64,000 nt of DNA. Source: Gammaproteobacteria bacterium (GTDB taxonomy: Bacteria > Pseudomonadota > Gammaproteobacteria > Eutrophobiales > Eutrophobiaceae). The translations under genes and the position numbers were made by a program. The stretch lies in the NCBI GenBank assembly GCA_965243205.1, contig CBDEUK010000001.1, positions 352,001-416,000 on the forward strand, given 5' to 3'. Of this stretch, positions 21,364-30,489 are shown piece by piece. The notes under the pieces were generated by a model, which was not told where the DNA came from, searched no databases, and saw only the letters and a list, made by a program, of their open reading frames with translations. Every line of letters begins with the position of its first letter. Position 1 is the first letter of the stretch.

Positions 21364-23619
21364 TTACTTAGTTGTCCAATTAAACACACCATCCCAATCA
21401 GTCCCTGGTGGATTGGCTCTAAGATGTTTGATTCTGTCTGTATAAGCTTGGTAAATCTTTGGAGTTTTTGACGAGTTCATTAAATTTATAAATTGAACCT
21501 CAGCCATATCCCAGTTTTGCTCACGATAATATGCAACAGCTTGTCGATATAACTTAATTTCATCTTTTAATTCTTTAGTGACCTGTTCTCTTAAGCACAG
21601 AGGTTCATAAATAATAACCGGTTCATCTTTACCTTTTACCCGAATCTTATCTAGTTCTCGATACACATATTCTGGTGCGGCGGCTTTAGTAAACTCACTG
21701 ACCAATAATTCAACGCCATACTGTTTAGTCATACCTTCTAATCTTGAACCTAAGTTCACAGCATCTCCCATTACAGTATAGGCTTTGCGGAATTCGGATC
21801 CCATATCACCCACACGCATTGGCCCAGTATTTAATCCAATACCAATCTTTAATTCTGGCCAACCACGTTTTACGAACTCTTTATTCATTTTCCTAAGAAT
21901 TGATAACATTTCTAACGAGGCATCGATTGCCGATTTTGCATGACTAGGGTGCTCCAGTGGCGCACCCCAAAACGCCATCACAGCATCACCGATGTATTTA
22001 TCAATGGTTCCACGATGTTTTTGGATGATATTCGTCATTGGAGTTAAATATTCGTTAAGTAAATCTGATAAATCCTGCGCATTCATCGCTTCTGAAATAC
22101 TAGTAAAACTGCGTATATCTGAAAATAATACAGTAAGGTCTCGAACCTCAGCTTCTAAAGTATATCGACTTGGGTCGTTACTCATTTCTTCAACTAATTC
22201 AGGAGGAATATACTGGCCGAATAAACCAGCAATCTGTCGCTCACCGCGTTTGGTAATGAAAAAGCCATAACTCATCGCTAATAAAAACATGGATAAAATC
22301 ATGAGTAATGATGCAGCGATAGGTATTACTAAATTCATTTGCGTCCAAGCAAAGGTATTTAATAAAAAGACAAACAGTAACAAACCAGCAGTAGTCATTG
22401 TTGCGGCTATTGGCGTGAGAGTCGTGACATAAAGTGCAATGATTAAACCTAATAGAACTAAGATAATCACTTCAGCACCTAAAACATAATATGGCTGTTC
22501 TTTAACTCGTTTATCAAACACACCTGAAATTAAATTAGCGTGTACTTCGACTCCAGGTAACGCACTTTGCACGGGCGTATTTCGTAAATCGAATAACCCT
22601 TTGGCGGACGAACCGACTAAGACAACACGATCGTACAAAATAGATTTATCGACTTTGCCCTTAATTACATCTACGGCAGAAATATATGGGAAACTTCCTT
22701 CCTTACCGCGATAAGGTACTAACACATTTGAATTTTCATCAACTGGTATTTTTCGATCACCAACTTTAAAATAATCAGGTGATTTATAATCCGATAGGTA
22801 AAAGTTAAAACCATAGATTGGTTCAACCGTTTTACTCTTCATAATATGTCTGATAATGGCCAATGATAATGATTCATAAAAATTATCATCATATTCATAA
22901 AATATTGGAACTCGACGAACAGAGCCATCGCCATCTAAAGTAGGATTAAAATGTCCTGCACCTTTAGCACTGTTAAAAATAGATTCTAAACTTGCACCAT
23001 AACCTTGTGCAGAAGGTGGCTGAAAGTTTCTAGCAGCAAATTCTTTGGATGAAAAAATAGGCTTAGGCAGTTTGCCTGCTTTAATAACCTCCTCACCTTC
23101 TTCAAAACTTTCAAAGAAATAACCTAAAATAACAGGTCGGTCTTTCAAACTCTTGGTGAATAACTGATCGTAATCTAGTGAAGGTTTAATTTTTTTTAGT
23201 CTTTGTTGATATTCTGCAACGTCTTTAAATTGATTATTGGCCAATTTTTCTAAAATTTGTAAACCAGAACTATTATCTGGTTCAGCAAACACCACATCAA
23301 AGCCCACAACTTCGACTTTGTATTTTTCAAATAATTGATTGGTTAGTTTGGCTAATTGATCTCTTCCCCAAGGCCAACGCCCTACTTCTAACAAACTTTT
23401 TTCGTCGATATCAACTATAACAATACGATCATCGACTGTTTCTTGTGCGCTAAGAATGACTCTAGCGTCGTAAGCCATGTTTTCGATTTGATCAATGAAA
23501 TTCCAATGAAAGAACTGACCACGATCGGTCACAACGTGTAGCACGAATATCAGTAACAACAACAACTCAAGGCCAATTAACGGTAACTGCTTTTTTAGCC
23601 GGTCAAGTATCTTGTTCAT
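21364..23619 (-). CDS. CHASE2-domain class III adenylate/guanylate cyclase (adenylate-type residues)
   Basis: IVDIDEKSLLEVGRWPWGR CHASE2, three TMs, LFSDIRSFT, IDKYIGDA, YTVMGDAVNLGSRLEG. Confidence 0.92.
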   Translation of the reverse strand: MNKILDRLKKQLPLIGLELLLLLIFVLHVVTDRGQFFHWNFIDQIENMAYDARVILSAQETVDDRIVIVDIDEKSLLEVGRWPWGRDQLAKLTNQLFEKYKVEVVGFDVVFAEPDNSSGLQILEKLANNQFKDVAEYQQRLKKIKPSLDYDQLFTKSLKDRPVILGYFFESFEEGEEVIKAGKLPKPIFSSKEFAARNFQPPSAQGYGASLESIFNSAKGAGHFNPTLDGDGSVRRVPIFYEYDDNFYESLSLAIIRHIMKSKTVEPIYGFNFYLSDYKSPDYFKVGDRKIPVDENSNVLVPYRGKEGSFPYISAVDVIKGKVDKSILYDRVVLVGSSAKGLFDLRNTPVQSALPGVEVHANLISGVFDKRVKEQPYYVLGAEVIILVLLGLIIALYVTTLTPIAATMTTAGLLLFVFLLNTFAWTQMNLVIPIAASLLMILSMFLLAMSYGFFITKRGERQIAGLFGQYIPPELVEEMSNDPSRYTLEAEVRDLTVLFSDIRSFTSISEAMNAQDLSDLLNEYLTPMTNIIQKHRGTIDKYIGDAVMAFWGAPLEHPSHAKSAIDASLEMLSILRKMNKEFVKRGWPELKIGIGLNTGPMRVGDMGSEFRKAYTVMGDAVNLGSRLEGMTKQYGVELLVSEFTKAAAPEYVYRELDKIRVKGKDEPVIIYEPLCLREQVTKELKDEIKLYRQAVAYYREQNWDMAEVQFINLMNSSKTPKIYQAYTDRIKHLRANPPGTDWDGVFNWTTK

Positions 23620-23740
23620 ATAAACGTTCTTCAGTCGTTTCTTGTTATTGTCCCAAGATAGTAAGTATTGTTGTATTTAATCGAAACTGCAACAAAATTA
23701 GAGACTTATTTTATAAATTTACATTGAATTTTTAACTTAA

Positions 23741-24388
23741 TTAAGGCTTATCTAGGTATTTTTTCTTATCTCGCCATTCGCATAAATCTTCGATAGCACA
23801 TCCTGCACACTTTGGGTTTCTAGCAATACAGGTATATCGACCGTGCAATATCAGCCAATGATGCGCATCGAGTTTGAATTCCTCTGGAACAAATTTGAGT
23901 AATTTTTTTTCAACTTCTAAAACATTTTTTCCTGGTGCGATTCCTGTACGGTTTGAGACACGAAAAATATGGGTATCAACCGCAATTGTCGGTTGCCCAA
24001 ATGCTGTATTTAAAATCACATTAGCGGTCTTGCGCCCAACTCCAGGCAATGCTTCCAATGCCTCACGGTTTTCAGGCACTTGTCCATCATGTTGTTCTAA
24101 TAAAATTCTACAAGTCTTAATAATATTCTCAGCTTTAGCGTTATAAAGACCAATTGTTTTTATATATTTTTTTAAACCACTGACACCAAGTTCTAATATC
24201 GCTTTAGGCGTATTGGCAATAGGATATAATTTACTCGTCGCTTTATTAACTCCAACATCGGTTGCTTGTGCCGAGAGAATCACCGCAATCAATAATTCAA
24301 ACGAATTATCATATTGCAATTCAGTGGTTGGCTTAGGGTTAAGATTTTTTAAGCGTTGAAAAATGTCTGTGCGTTTTAATTTGTTCAA
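23741..24388 (-). CDS. nth: endonuclease III
   Basis: LLIAVILSAQATD, LPGVGRKTANV HhH, VDTH, C-x6-C-x2-C-x5-C Fe-S motif. Confidence 0.97.
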   Translation of the reverse strand: MNKLKRTDIFQRLKNLNPKPTTELQYDNSFELLIAVILSAQATDVGVNKATSKLYPIANTPKAILELGVSGLKKYIKTIGLYNAKAENIIKTCRILLEQHDGQVPENREALEALPGVGRKTANVILNTAFGQPTIAVDTHIFRVSNRTGIAPGKNVLEVEKKLLKFVPEEFKLDAHHWLILHGRYTCIARNPKCAGCAIEDLCEWRDKKKYLDKP

Positions 24389-24477
24389 AACAAGCCTTGT
24401 CTAAGATGAATAATATGTTTGCAACTTTTTTTATTGCTATCATACTAAAAGTTAATTCAAAACGATAAATTAAGATC

Positions 24478-24843
24478 ATGCATAAAATATTATTAATTAC
24501 ATTATTCGTATTATTAAGCCTGCAATCCAAAGCAAATGAAAGATTACCTGATGGACATAAGCTTTTGCAAAATGAACAAGGCGAATATTACATCGAAAAT
24601 AAAGAAGGTATTGTGATGATTGACCCATCAATTATCTCATTAGGTCATCAACGACAATGGATCGTTGCTTGTGTGAAAAACGATTCTATCGATACCGATC
24701 CAAAACGTTATTACTTTATCAATCTTAAAATCGGCGGTACTACCGATTCGATTAATCAAGAAAATTGGGAATACTTCAAAACAGCCTACGATGGTCTCGG
24801 AGATGTCGAACTGAAACCACTTACTGAAGAAACTTGCCCTTAA
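24478..24843 (+). CDS. hypothetical exported protein
   Basis: Signal peptide MHKILLITLFVLLSLQSKA; 121 aa with two Cys. Confidence 0.65.
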   Translation: MHKILLITLFVLLSLQSKANERLPDGHKLLQNEQGEYYIENKEGIVMIDPSIISLGHQRQWIVACVKNDSIDTDPKRYYFINLKIGGTTDSINQENWEYFKTAYDGLGDVELKPLTEETCP

Positions 24844-24960
24844 GAAAATACATTAAAAATACTAGATAATACTTTTGTATAGTTGTCAGTTTAGAGTCTT
24901 CGACGTTACAATATAGCTTCAGTATATTATTCCAGATTTGTGGAACTGGGGGAGAGTTTC

Positions 24961-26088
24961 ATGACTTACAATAAAATTGGTTTAGTATTAACCACGTTAC
25001 TATTTTTGAGTTCATTCAATGTCTGGGCCGGTGGGACACCGGCTCCACCTTCATCAAGCAGCCAAGTTTGTACTGATGCCCTCAGAACAGATCCAACCGT
25101 TTGTCTAAATGGCGTGGGGGCCGGAACATACGGCACCGATAATGTTCGTTTAACCACGACCAGTTTTTCTGCTGCGACTAACAGCGCCAGTAATGATGAT
25201 AATACTCAAACCAGTCAACGTTTTGGTGAATCGAATCTTAATGGTGTTGCTGCTGGTGATCACTTTCATGGTTGGGGATTCTGGGGCAGTTTTAACAACA
25301 CTGAATTCGATGGCTCTTTAGCACTTGCTGGTAACACCAATATTTCTCGTGTTGCTTATGATGGTGATATCAAAACATTCTTGTTCGGTGCGGATAAATT
25401 AGTCACAGATAGATTAGTACTTGGTTTAGCTCTGGGTTATGAAGAATCGGACGTTTTTACACTTTATAATGGTGGTAATAACCAATCTGATGGGTTCACA
25501 GTTGTTCCCTATGCAGCCTATTTGTTGAATGATTTCATTAGCATTGATGCGGCAGTGGGATATACACAATTAGAATACGATACTGATCGAGTCTCACTTG
25601 CTTCAGCAGGTACTACTAATATAGGTTCTTATGACTCTGATCGGTGGTTCGCATCAATTAATCTAAATGCTACTGGCAATATTGGTAATTTTCTAATAAC
25701 TGGTCGAGCAGGGTATCTTTACACTGAGGAAGACCAAGATGCTTACCAAGAAACTGGCGGTACAGATGCAAGGGCAGTCGGTGCTCGAAAACTTGATTTA
25801 TCTCAAATTCAACTGGGTTTTGAAGTCGCCTATGATAGTGTTTTGATGCCATATGCCGGTTTGACCTGGGCCAATGATATAGATCGAGAAACAGGGGGTA
25901 ACGGCCTACAACCAGGGCTACCGGGTGGCAATCAAGTCGTATTCGAAGACAGCAATGAAATACAACTTGGCTTTGGTTTACGACATTTTGGTGATATGTT
26001 AAGCGTCATGTTAGATGTGAATACGGTTTTAGAACGTGATAGTTTTGATAGTCATAGTGTTATGTTCACATTACGTACCGATTTGTAA
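24961..26088 (+). CDS. autotransporter-like outer-membrane beta-barrel protein with very short passenger
   Basis: Signal peptide, GVAAGD junction, alternating beta strands (GADKLVTDRLVLGLALGYEES, VPYAAYLLND); GGGGGAG SD. Confidence 0.8.
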   Translation: MTYNKIGLVLTTLLFLSSFNVWAGGTPAPPSSSSQVCTDALRTDPTVCLNGVGAGTYGTDNVRLTTTSFSAATNSASNDDNTQTSQRFGESNLNGVAAGDHFHGWGFWGSFNNTEFDGSLALAGNTNISRVAYDGDIKTFLFGADKLVTDRLVLGLALGYEESDVFTLYNGGNNQSDGFTVVPYAAYLLNDFISIDAAVGYTQLEYDTDRVSLASAGTTNIGSYDSDRWFASINLNATGNIGNFLITGRAGYLYTEEDQDAYQETGGTDARAVGARKLDLSQIQLGFEVAYDSVLMPYAGLTWANDIDRETGGNGLQPGLPGGNQVVFEDSNEIQLGFGLRHFGDMLSVMLDVNTVLERDSFDSHSVMFTLRTDL

Positions 26089-26110
26089 TAGAATCCAACA
26101 CTGGAAAATT

Positions 26111-26139
26111 AAAGGGCCATGAATTTCATGGCCTTTTTT
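26111..26139 (+). terminator. intrinsic terminator
   Basis: AAAGGGCCATGAA-T-TTCATGGCCTTT then T run. Confidence 0.85.
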
Positions 26140-26165
26140 ATATATAAAAACAATAAGGTTTCTCC

Positions 26166-27020
26166 ATGCAATTAATTTCATACAGTGTTAATAACGATCG
26201 CAGAGTCGGCGCATTACAAGAACAAGCTATTTTCGATGCAGGCGATGAATACGCAGGACCAGATGGAATGCTACGTTTTTTAGAAGCAGGAAAACCTGCG
26301 ACCACTACTCTTCAGGATAAAATATCCTCTGGAGCTGCTAACCATAGTCTCGATAACATAACATTACTTGCCCCTGTTAGACGCCCGCCTAAATTCTTTG
26401 GTGTGAGTTTAAATTACGCTGACCACATCGCTGAAACTGGCCTTGAACAACCCGAGTACCCAACGTTTTTCAATAAACAATCAACCTGTGTGATTGGACC
26501 AGGAGAATCCATCGTCCGCCCGAATGTCTCAGAAAAACTGGATTATGAAGGAGAATTAGGTGTAGTGATTGGCCAATTTTGTCACCAAGTTACTAAAGAA
26601 CAAGCCAAAGATGCTATAGCAGGTTATACCATTGTAAATGATGTTTCGGTACGGGATTGGCAAATGCGCTCCCATACATGGACCTTAGGAAAGTCTTTCG
26701 ACACCCATGGCCCAATAGGTCCAATGATAGTAACCACTGACGAACTAGACGACCCCCATAAGCTTGATATTAAAACTTGGGTTGATAATGAACTTCGACA
26801 AGATTCCAATACCCGCCATCTCATTTTTGATTGTTATGATTTAGTGGAATATCTATCTTCGGTAATGACCTTAGAGCCCGGCGATATTATTGCCACAGGC
26901 ACCAGCAGTGGAGTCGGTGTGAAAATGAAACCTCGCGGTTACATGAAACCAGGCCAAACTGTGACCATTGAAATCGAAAAAATTGGAAAATTAAGCAATA
27001 ATATTATCCAAGAATCCTAA
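26166..27020 (+). CDS. fumarylacetoacetate hydrolase family protein
   Basis: LNYADH, LDYEGELGVVIG, NDVSVRDWQ, GKSFDT, LEPGDIIATGT. Confidence 0.92.
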   Translation: MQLISYSVNNDRRVGALQEQAIFDAGDEYAGPDGMLRFLEAGKPATTTLQDKISSGAANHSLDNITLLAPVRRPPKFFGVSLNYADHIAETGLEQPEYPTFFNKQSTCVIGPGESIVRPNVSEKLDYEGELGVVIGQFCHQVTKEQAKDAIAGYTIVNDVSVRDWQMRSHTWTLGKSFDTHGPIGPMIVTTDELDDPHKLDIKTWVDNELRQDSNTRHLIFDCYDLVEYLSSVMTLEPGDIIATGTSSGVGVKMKPRGYMKPGQTVTIEIEKIGKLSNNIIQES

Positions 27021-27112
27021 TAAAAACAGTTACTAATACTAAATATCTATTTCTCTTTCTAGAAATAAAAGCTATTATTTAATAAATTACATTAAATAAT
27101 ACTGGTAACGTT

Positions 27113-28510
27113 ATGTTGAACAGGATTCTTCAAGCGTGTTTTTGCGTTCTATTATGTTTTTTTTCTTTTGCTACCAACGCAGCTCCAAATGTAGTTGGTA
27201 CTTTTTCAGGTACTTTAACCGGGCTTAGAGACCAATGTATTACTACAGGCTCGCCTTCTTCTAATAACGTCAACATAACTGTGACCTCACAAAATGGCGG
27301 AACCTTCAGTGGGACATTTACAGTTTCTGGACTAAATAGTGGCGGTAATGTCAACGGAAGTATTGATGCGGCAGGAGGAATCGTTGCAAACTTTGTTGGG
27401 CCGAATATTATTGCTGGACTAGGATTCACAGGAAATTTTGATGGTGCAAATCTTGTAATACCTCCTGGCGGTTTAAGTGTTGAAGACTTATCTATGAACT
27501 GTTTTGATCTGGGAGGCTCACTCAGTTTTTCCGGCGGCCAAATAATTAATCCAGAAGAAGCGCCTAGTACTAGTATTAAAGATTCAGGCACCATTCGAAC
27601 TGAAGTTCTAGGGGTCACCGCTCCTATCCAACAACATTTAGTAAAAACATTACACGGCCCCGCCAAAGGTTTGGATTTTAATAAACAAGGTTTCTTTATA
27701 GAGGGTGAAGGTGGCTTAAATGCAGGTAACTTGCAATTAGGTAATATAGGAGTTTGGGCAAGTTACAATTATCGAGATGTTGAAAATGACTTTTCACGAA
27801 CAGCATTTGAATCCACACATCATACTGGATTATTAGGGATCGATTATTCGCCAAATAAGCATTTGATTATAGGTGTTGCAATTGCTTATGAAGATTCTGA
27901 AACCGATACTACGTTCAATAATGGTGAACTCGAATCTGACGGTTATACCGTATCACCCTATATAGGTATTCTACTTGATGATAATTGGTCATTAGATGCC
28001 AGCATGGGTTTTTCATTCATAGATAACGAACAGTTCAGAATTGATCCCATAACCTCTCAAAGAGTAAATAGCTCTCCAGAAACTGATCGTTTTTTCTTTA
28101 ACGCAAATGTAAATGGGTTTAGTTATATCGATAATTGGATCCTTGGTGGTCGTTTTGGAATTCTCTATGCCAAAGTTGAAACTGAACAGTTTACTGAAAG
28201 TAATGGAAGCGTTGTAGGCGAACGCCGTACTAAATTAGGACAAATTCGTGTAGGTGGTGATATCGCATATAACTTTGGAGAATGGGAACCTTATTTAGCC
28301 GCCTTATATGAATATGATTTTCAATTCGATAAAGTTGAATTAACCGCAGGTGCTCAGCCAGCAAATGATAGAGATGATTTATTAATCTCTAGTGGTTTTC
28401 GTTTCTTTAATCGCCATGGCTTCTCCGCAAACTTTGATTATACAACTCGTGTGCTCCGAGAAGATTTTGAAGAAGATTCAATCACCGTGAATGTACGTTA
28501 CGATTTCTAA
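27113..28510 (+). CDS. autotransporter-like beta-barrel protein, paralog 1
   Basis: Signal peptide, Gly/Thr/Asn-rich passenger, GLNAGN junction, barrel ending in VRYDF. Confidence 0.82.
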   Translation: MLNRILQACFCVLLCFFSFATNAAPNVVGTFSGTLTGLRDQCITTGSPSSNNVNITVTSQNGGTFSGTFTVSGLNSGGNVNGSIDAAGGIVANFVGPNIIAGLGFTGNFDGANLVIPPGGLSVEDLSMNCFDLGGSLSFSGGQIINPEEAPSTSIKDSGTIRTEVLGVTAPIQQHLVKTLHGPAKGLDFNKQGFFIEGEGGLNAGNLQLGNIGVWASYNYRDVENDFSRTAFESTHHTGLLGIDYSPNKHLIIGVAIAYEDSETDTTFNNGELESDGYTVSPYIGILLDDNWSLDASMGFSFIDNEQFRIDPITSQRVNSSPETDRFFFNANVNGFSYIDNWILGGRFGILYAKVETEQFTESNGSVVGERRTKLGQIRVGGDIAYNFGEWEPYLAALYEYDFQFDKVELTAGAQPANDRDDLLISSGFRFFNRHGFSANFDYTTRVLREDFEEDSITVNVRYDF

Positions 28511-28525
28511 ATTTCATTTTCTATC

Positions 28526-29908
28526 ATGGCAAAAACACTTTCTTTCCAACGGTTAATCGGCCAATTTATCGGATGTATATTGCTTATTACCATTCACTTA
28601 ACTGTATCTGCTCAAGTCAATTTAGTTGGTGAATACAAAGGTAGTGTCGCAGGTATTAACCAAAGTAATGGTAACGCAGTAAATCAAAGTATTATCTTAC
28701 GAATAACCAATCAAAATGGTAGCAGTTTTGATGGTAAATTTATCTTACTTCCCAGTGAATTTTCAACAAACTTTACAGGTTCATTTTCAACGAATACTAA
28801 AATTGATATTACGTGTGGCCCTAGTCCTTGTATTAGTGCATTTACAGATGGTGCTCGCATTAACATTCCAAATGGGGATATGATGCTTAGCACTCCTGCT
28901 GGAAACTTTCTTTTAGGCGGTCTCTTAAAAAGAAATAAAATCGTCAAGCCTTCTAAGGCTCCTGGCACATCATTAAAAGATGCAACCACTGTTAGATCAG
29001 AAATTCTGGGTGTTGTGACACCTATTCAACAGCATTTGGTTAAAACATTAAGAGCTGATGTCAAAACCTTTAATTTCAATCCACAAGGTTTTTTATTAGA
29101 GGGTGAATCGGGTCTTAACTCTGGAGATCTTCAACTGGGTAATCTTGGTGTTTGGTTAAGCTATAATTATCGTGATATTGAAAATGACTTTTCTGGTACA
29201 GCATTTGAGTCAACTAGCCATACCGCCATTGGTGGAGTTGACTATTCTCCAAACGATTACATAGTTTTAGGAGTTGCTATTGCCTATGAATATTCAGATA
29301 CCGATACTTTGTTTAACCAAGGTAATTTACAAACGGATGGAATAACGATCGCTCCCTATTTTGGTTTTTTATTGAATGAAACTTGGAGTTTAGATGCTAG
29401 TTTTGGTATTTCCTTAATTGAAAATGATCAGTTTAGAACCGATCCAACAACAGCCTTAAGAGTAACAAGTAATCCTGATACCGATCGTTTTTTTATGGCG
29501 ATGAATTTTAATGGTACTAGTTATATTAATAATTGGATTATTGGTGGCAGAATTGGTTACTTATTCGCTAAAAGCGTTACCGATGAATTTGTCGAGAGCG
29601 ACACATCAACTGTTGGGAAAACCAAAACCAAGCTAGGTCAAATTCGATTAGGCGCTGATGTTGCTTACAATTTCGGAAACTGGGAACCGTTTTTATCAAC
29701 AACCTATCAATACGATTACGAATTCGATAAAGTGATTTTATTAGATGACCTTCAACCTGCGAATGATAGAGATGATATTCTTTTAGCAACAGGTTTTCGA
29801 TATTACAATGACAATGGATTTACTTCGAATTTTGAATATTCAAAACGTTTATTACGTGAAGAATATAACGAAGACTCTTTAAGTTTTACACTTCGTTATG
29901 ATTTTTGA
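28526..29908 (+). CDS. autotransporter-like beta-barrel protein, paralog 2
   Basis: Same architecture and clear similarity to 27113..28510; ends in LRYDF. Confidence 0.82.
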   Translation: MAKTLSFQRLIGQFIGCILLITIHLTVSAQVNLVGEYKGSVAGINQSNGNAVNQSIILRITNQNGSSFDGKFILLPSEFSTNFTGSFSTNTKIDITCGPSPCISAFTDGARINIPNGDMMLSTPAGNFLLGGLLKRNKIVKPSKAPGTSLKDATTVRSEILGVVTPIQQHLVKTLRADVKTFNFNPQGFLLEGESGLNSGDLQLGNLGVWLSYNYRDIENDFSGTAFESTSHTAIGGVDYSPNDYIVLGVAIAYEYSDTDTLFNQGNLQTDGITIAPYFGFLLNETWSLDASFGISLIENDQFRTDPTTALRVTSNPDTDRFFMAMNFNGTSYINNWIIGGRIGYLFAKSVTDEFVESDTSTVGKTKTKLGQIRLGADVAYNFGNWEPFLSTTYQYDYEFDKVILLDDLQPANDRDDILLATGFRYYNDNGFTSNFEYSKRLLREEYNEDSLSFTLRYDF

Positions 29909-30489
29909 TTTTGTAAATCGATCTTTTCTATCGCCCCTTGTAACTTCTGTAAACGATTAATAGGGTCGTCTATTTCTAAAATAGTTTGTTTATCGTTTAA
30001 TTCAACAGGCAATATTTCAGCTAAACGACAACCAACCCAATAAGGGTCTTGAAATTTTTCATGTTCATGTGCATACGATAATTTAAATTTTTCGACCACT
30101 TGTCTTAATAAATCTGCGAATAACTGATATTCAGGAGGTATATAATTATCTTCTTCTGTATCAATTAATTGAATATCAGCTTCACGTAATTGATTATTAC
30201 GGACTCTTTCTTCCAATATTCGAAATCGCTGTTGACCTTTAGTGGTTAATAATAAAGTACCATCATCATGACGATCCCAATCAATGATATGAGCAGTAGT
30301 ACCAATTTTATGAACAGTTGCTGCTTTACCAGTTTCATTTCCATTTAAAATTAAACAAACACCAAAATCTTTCTGTTCTTTTAAACATTCACTAACCATA
30401 TCAACGTAACGAGGCTCAAAGATTCTTAAAGGTAAAATACCTTCTGGGTACAATACTGTGTTTAATGGAAATATTGGTAAGGTAATCAT
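29896..30489 (-). CDS. Lon peptidase N-terminal (substrate-binding) domain protein
   Basis: LPIFPLNTVLYPEGILPLRIFEPRYVDMVSECL, G.QRFRI, RLAEILP. Confidence 0.9.
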   Translation of the reverse strand: MITLPIFPLNTVLYPEGILPLRIFEPRYVDMVSECLKEQKDFGVCLILNGNETGKAATVHKIGTTAHIIDWDRHDDGTLLLTTKGQQRFRILEERVRNNQLREADIQLIDTEEDNYIPPEYQLFADLLRQVVEKFKLSYAHEHEKFQDPYWVGCRLAEILPVELNDKQTILEIDDPINRLQKLQGAIEKIDLQNQKS

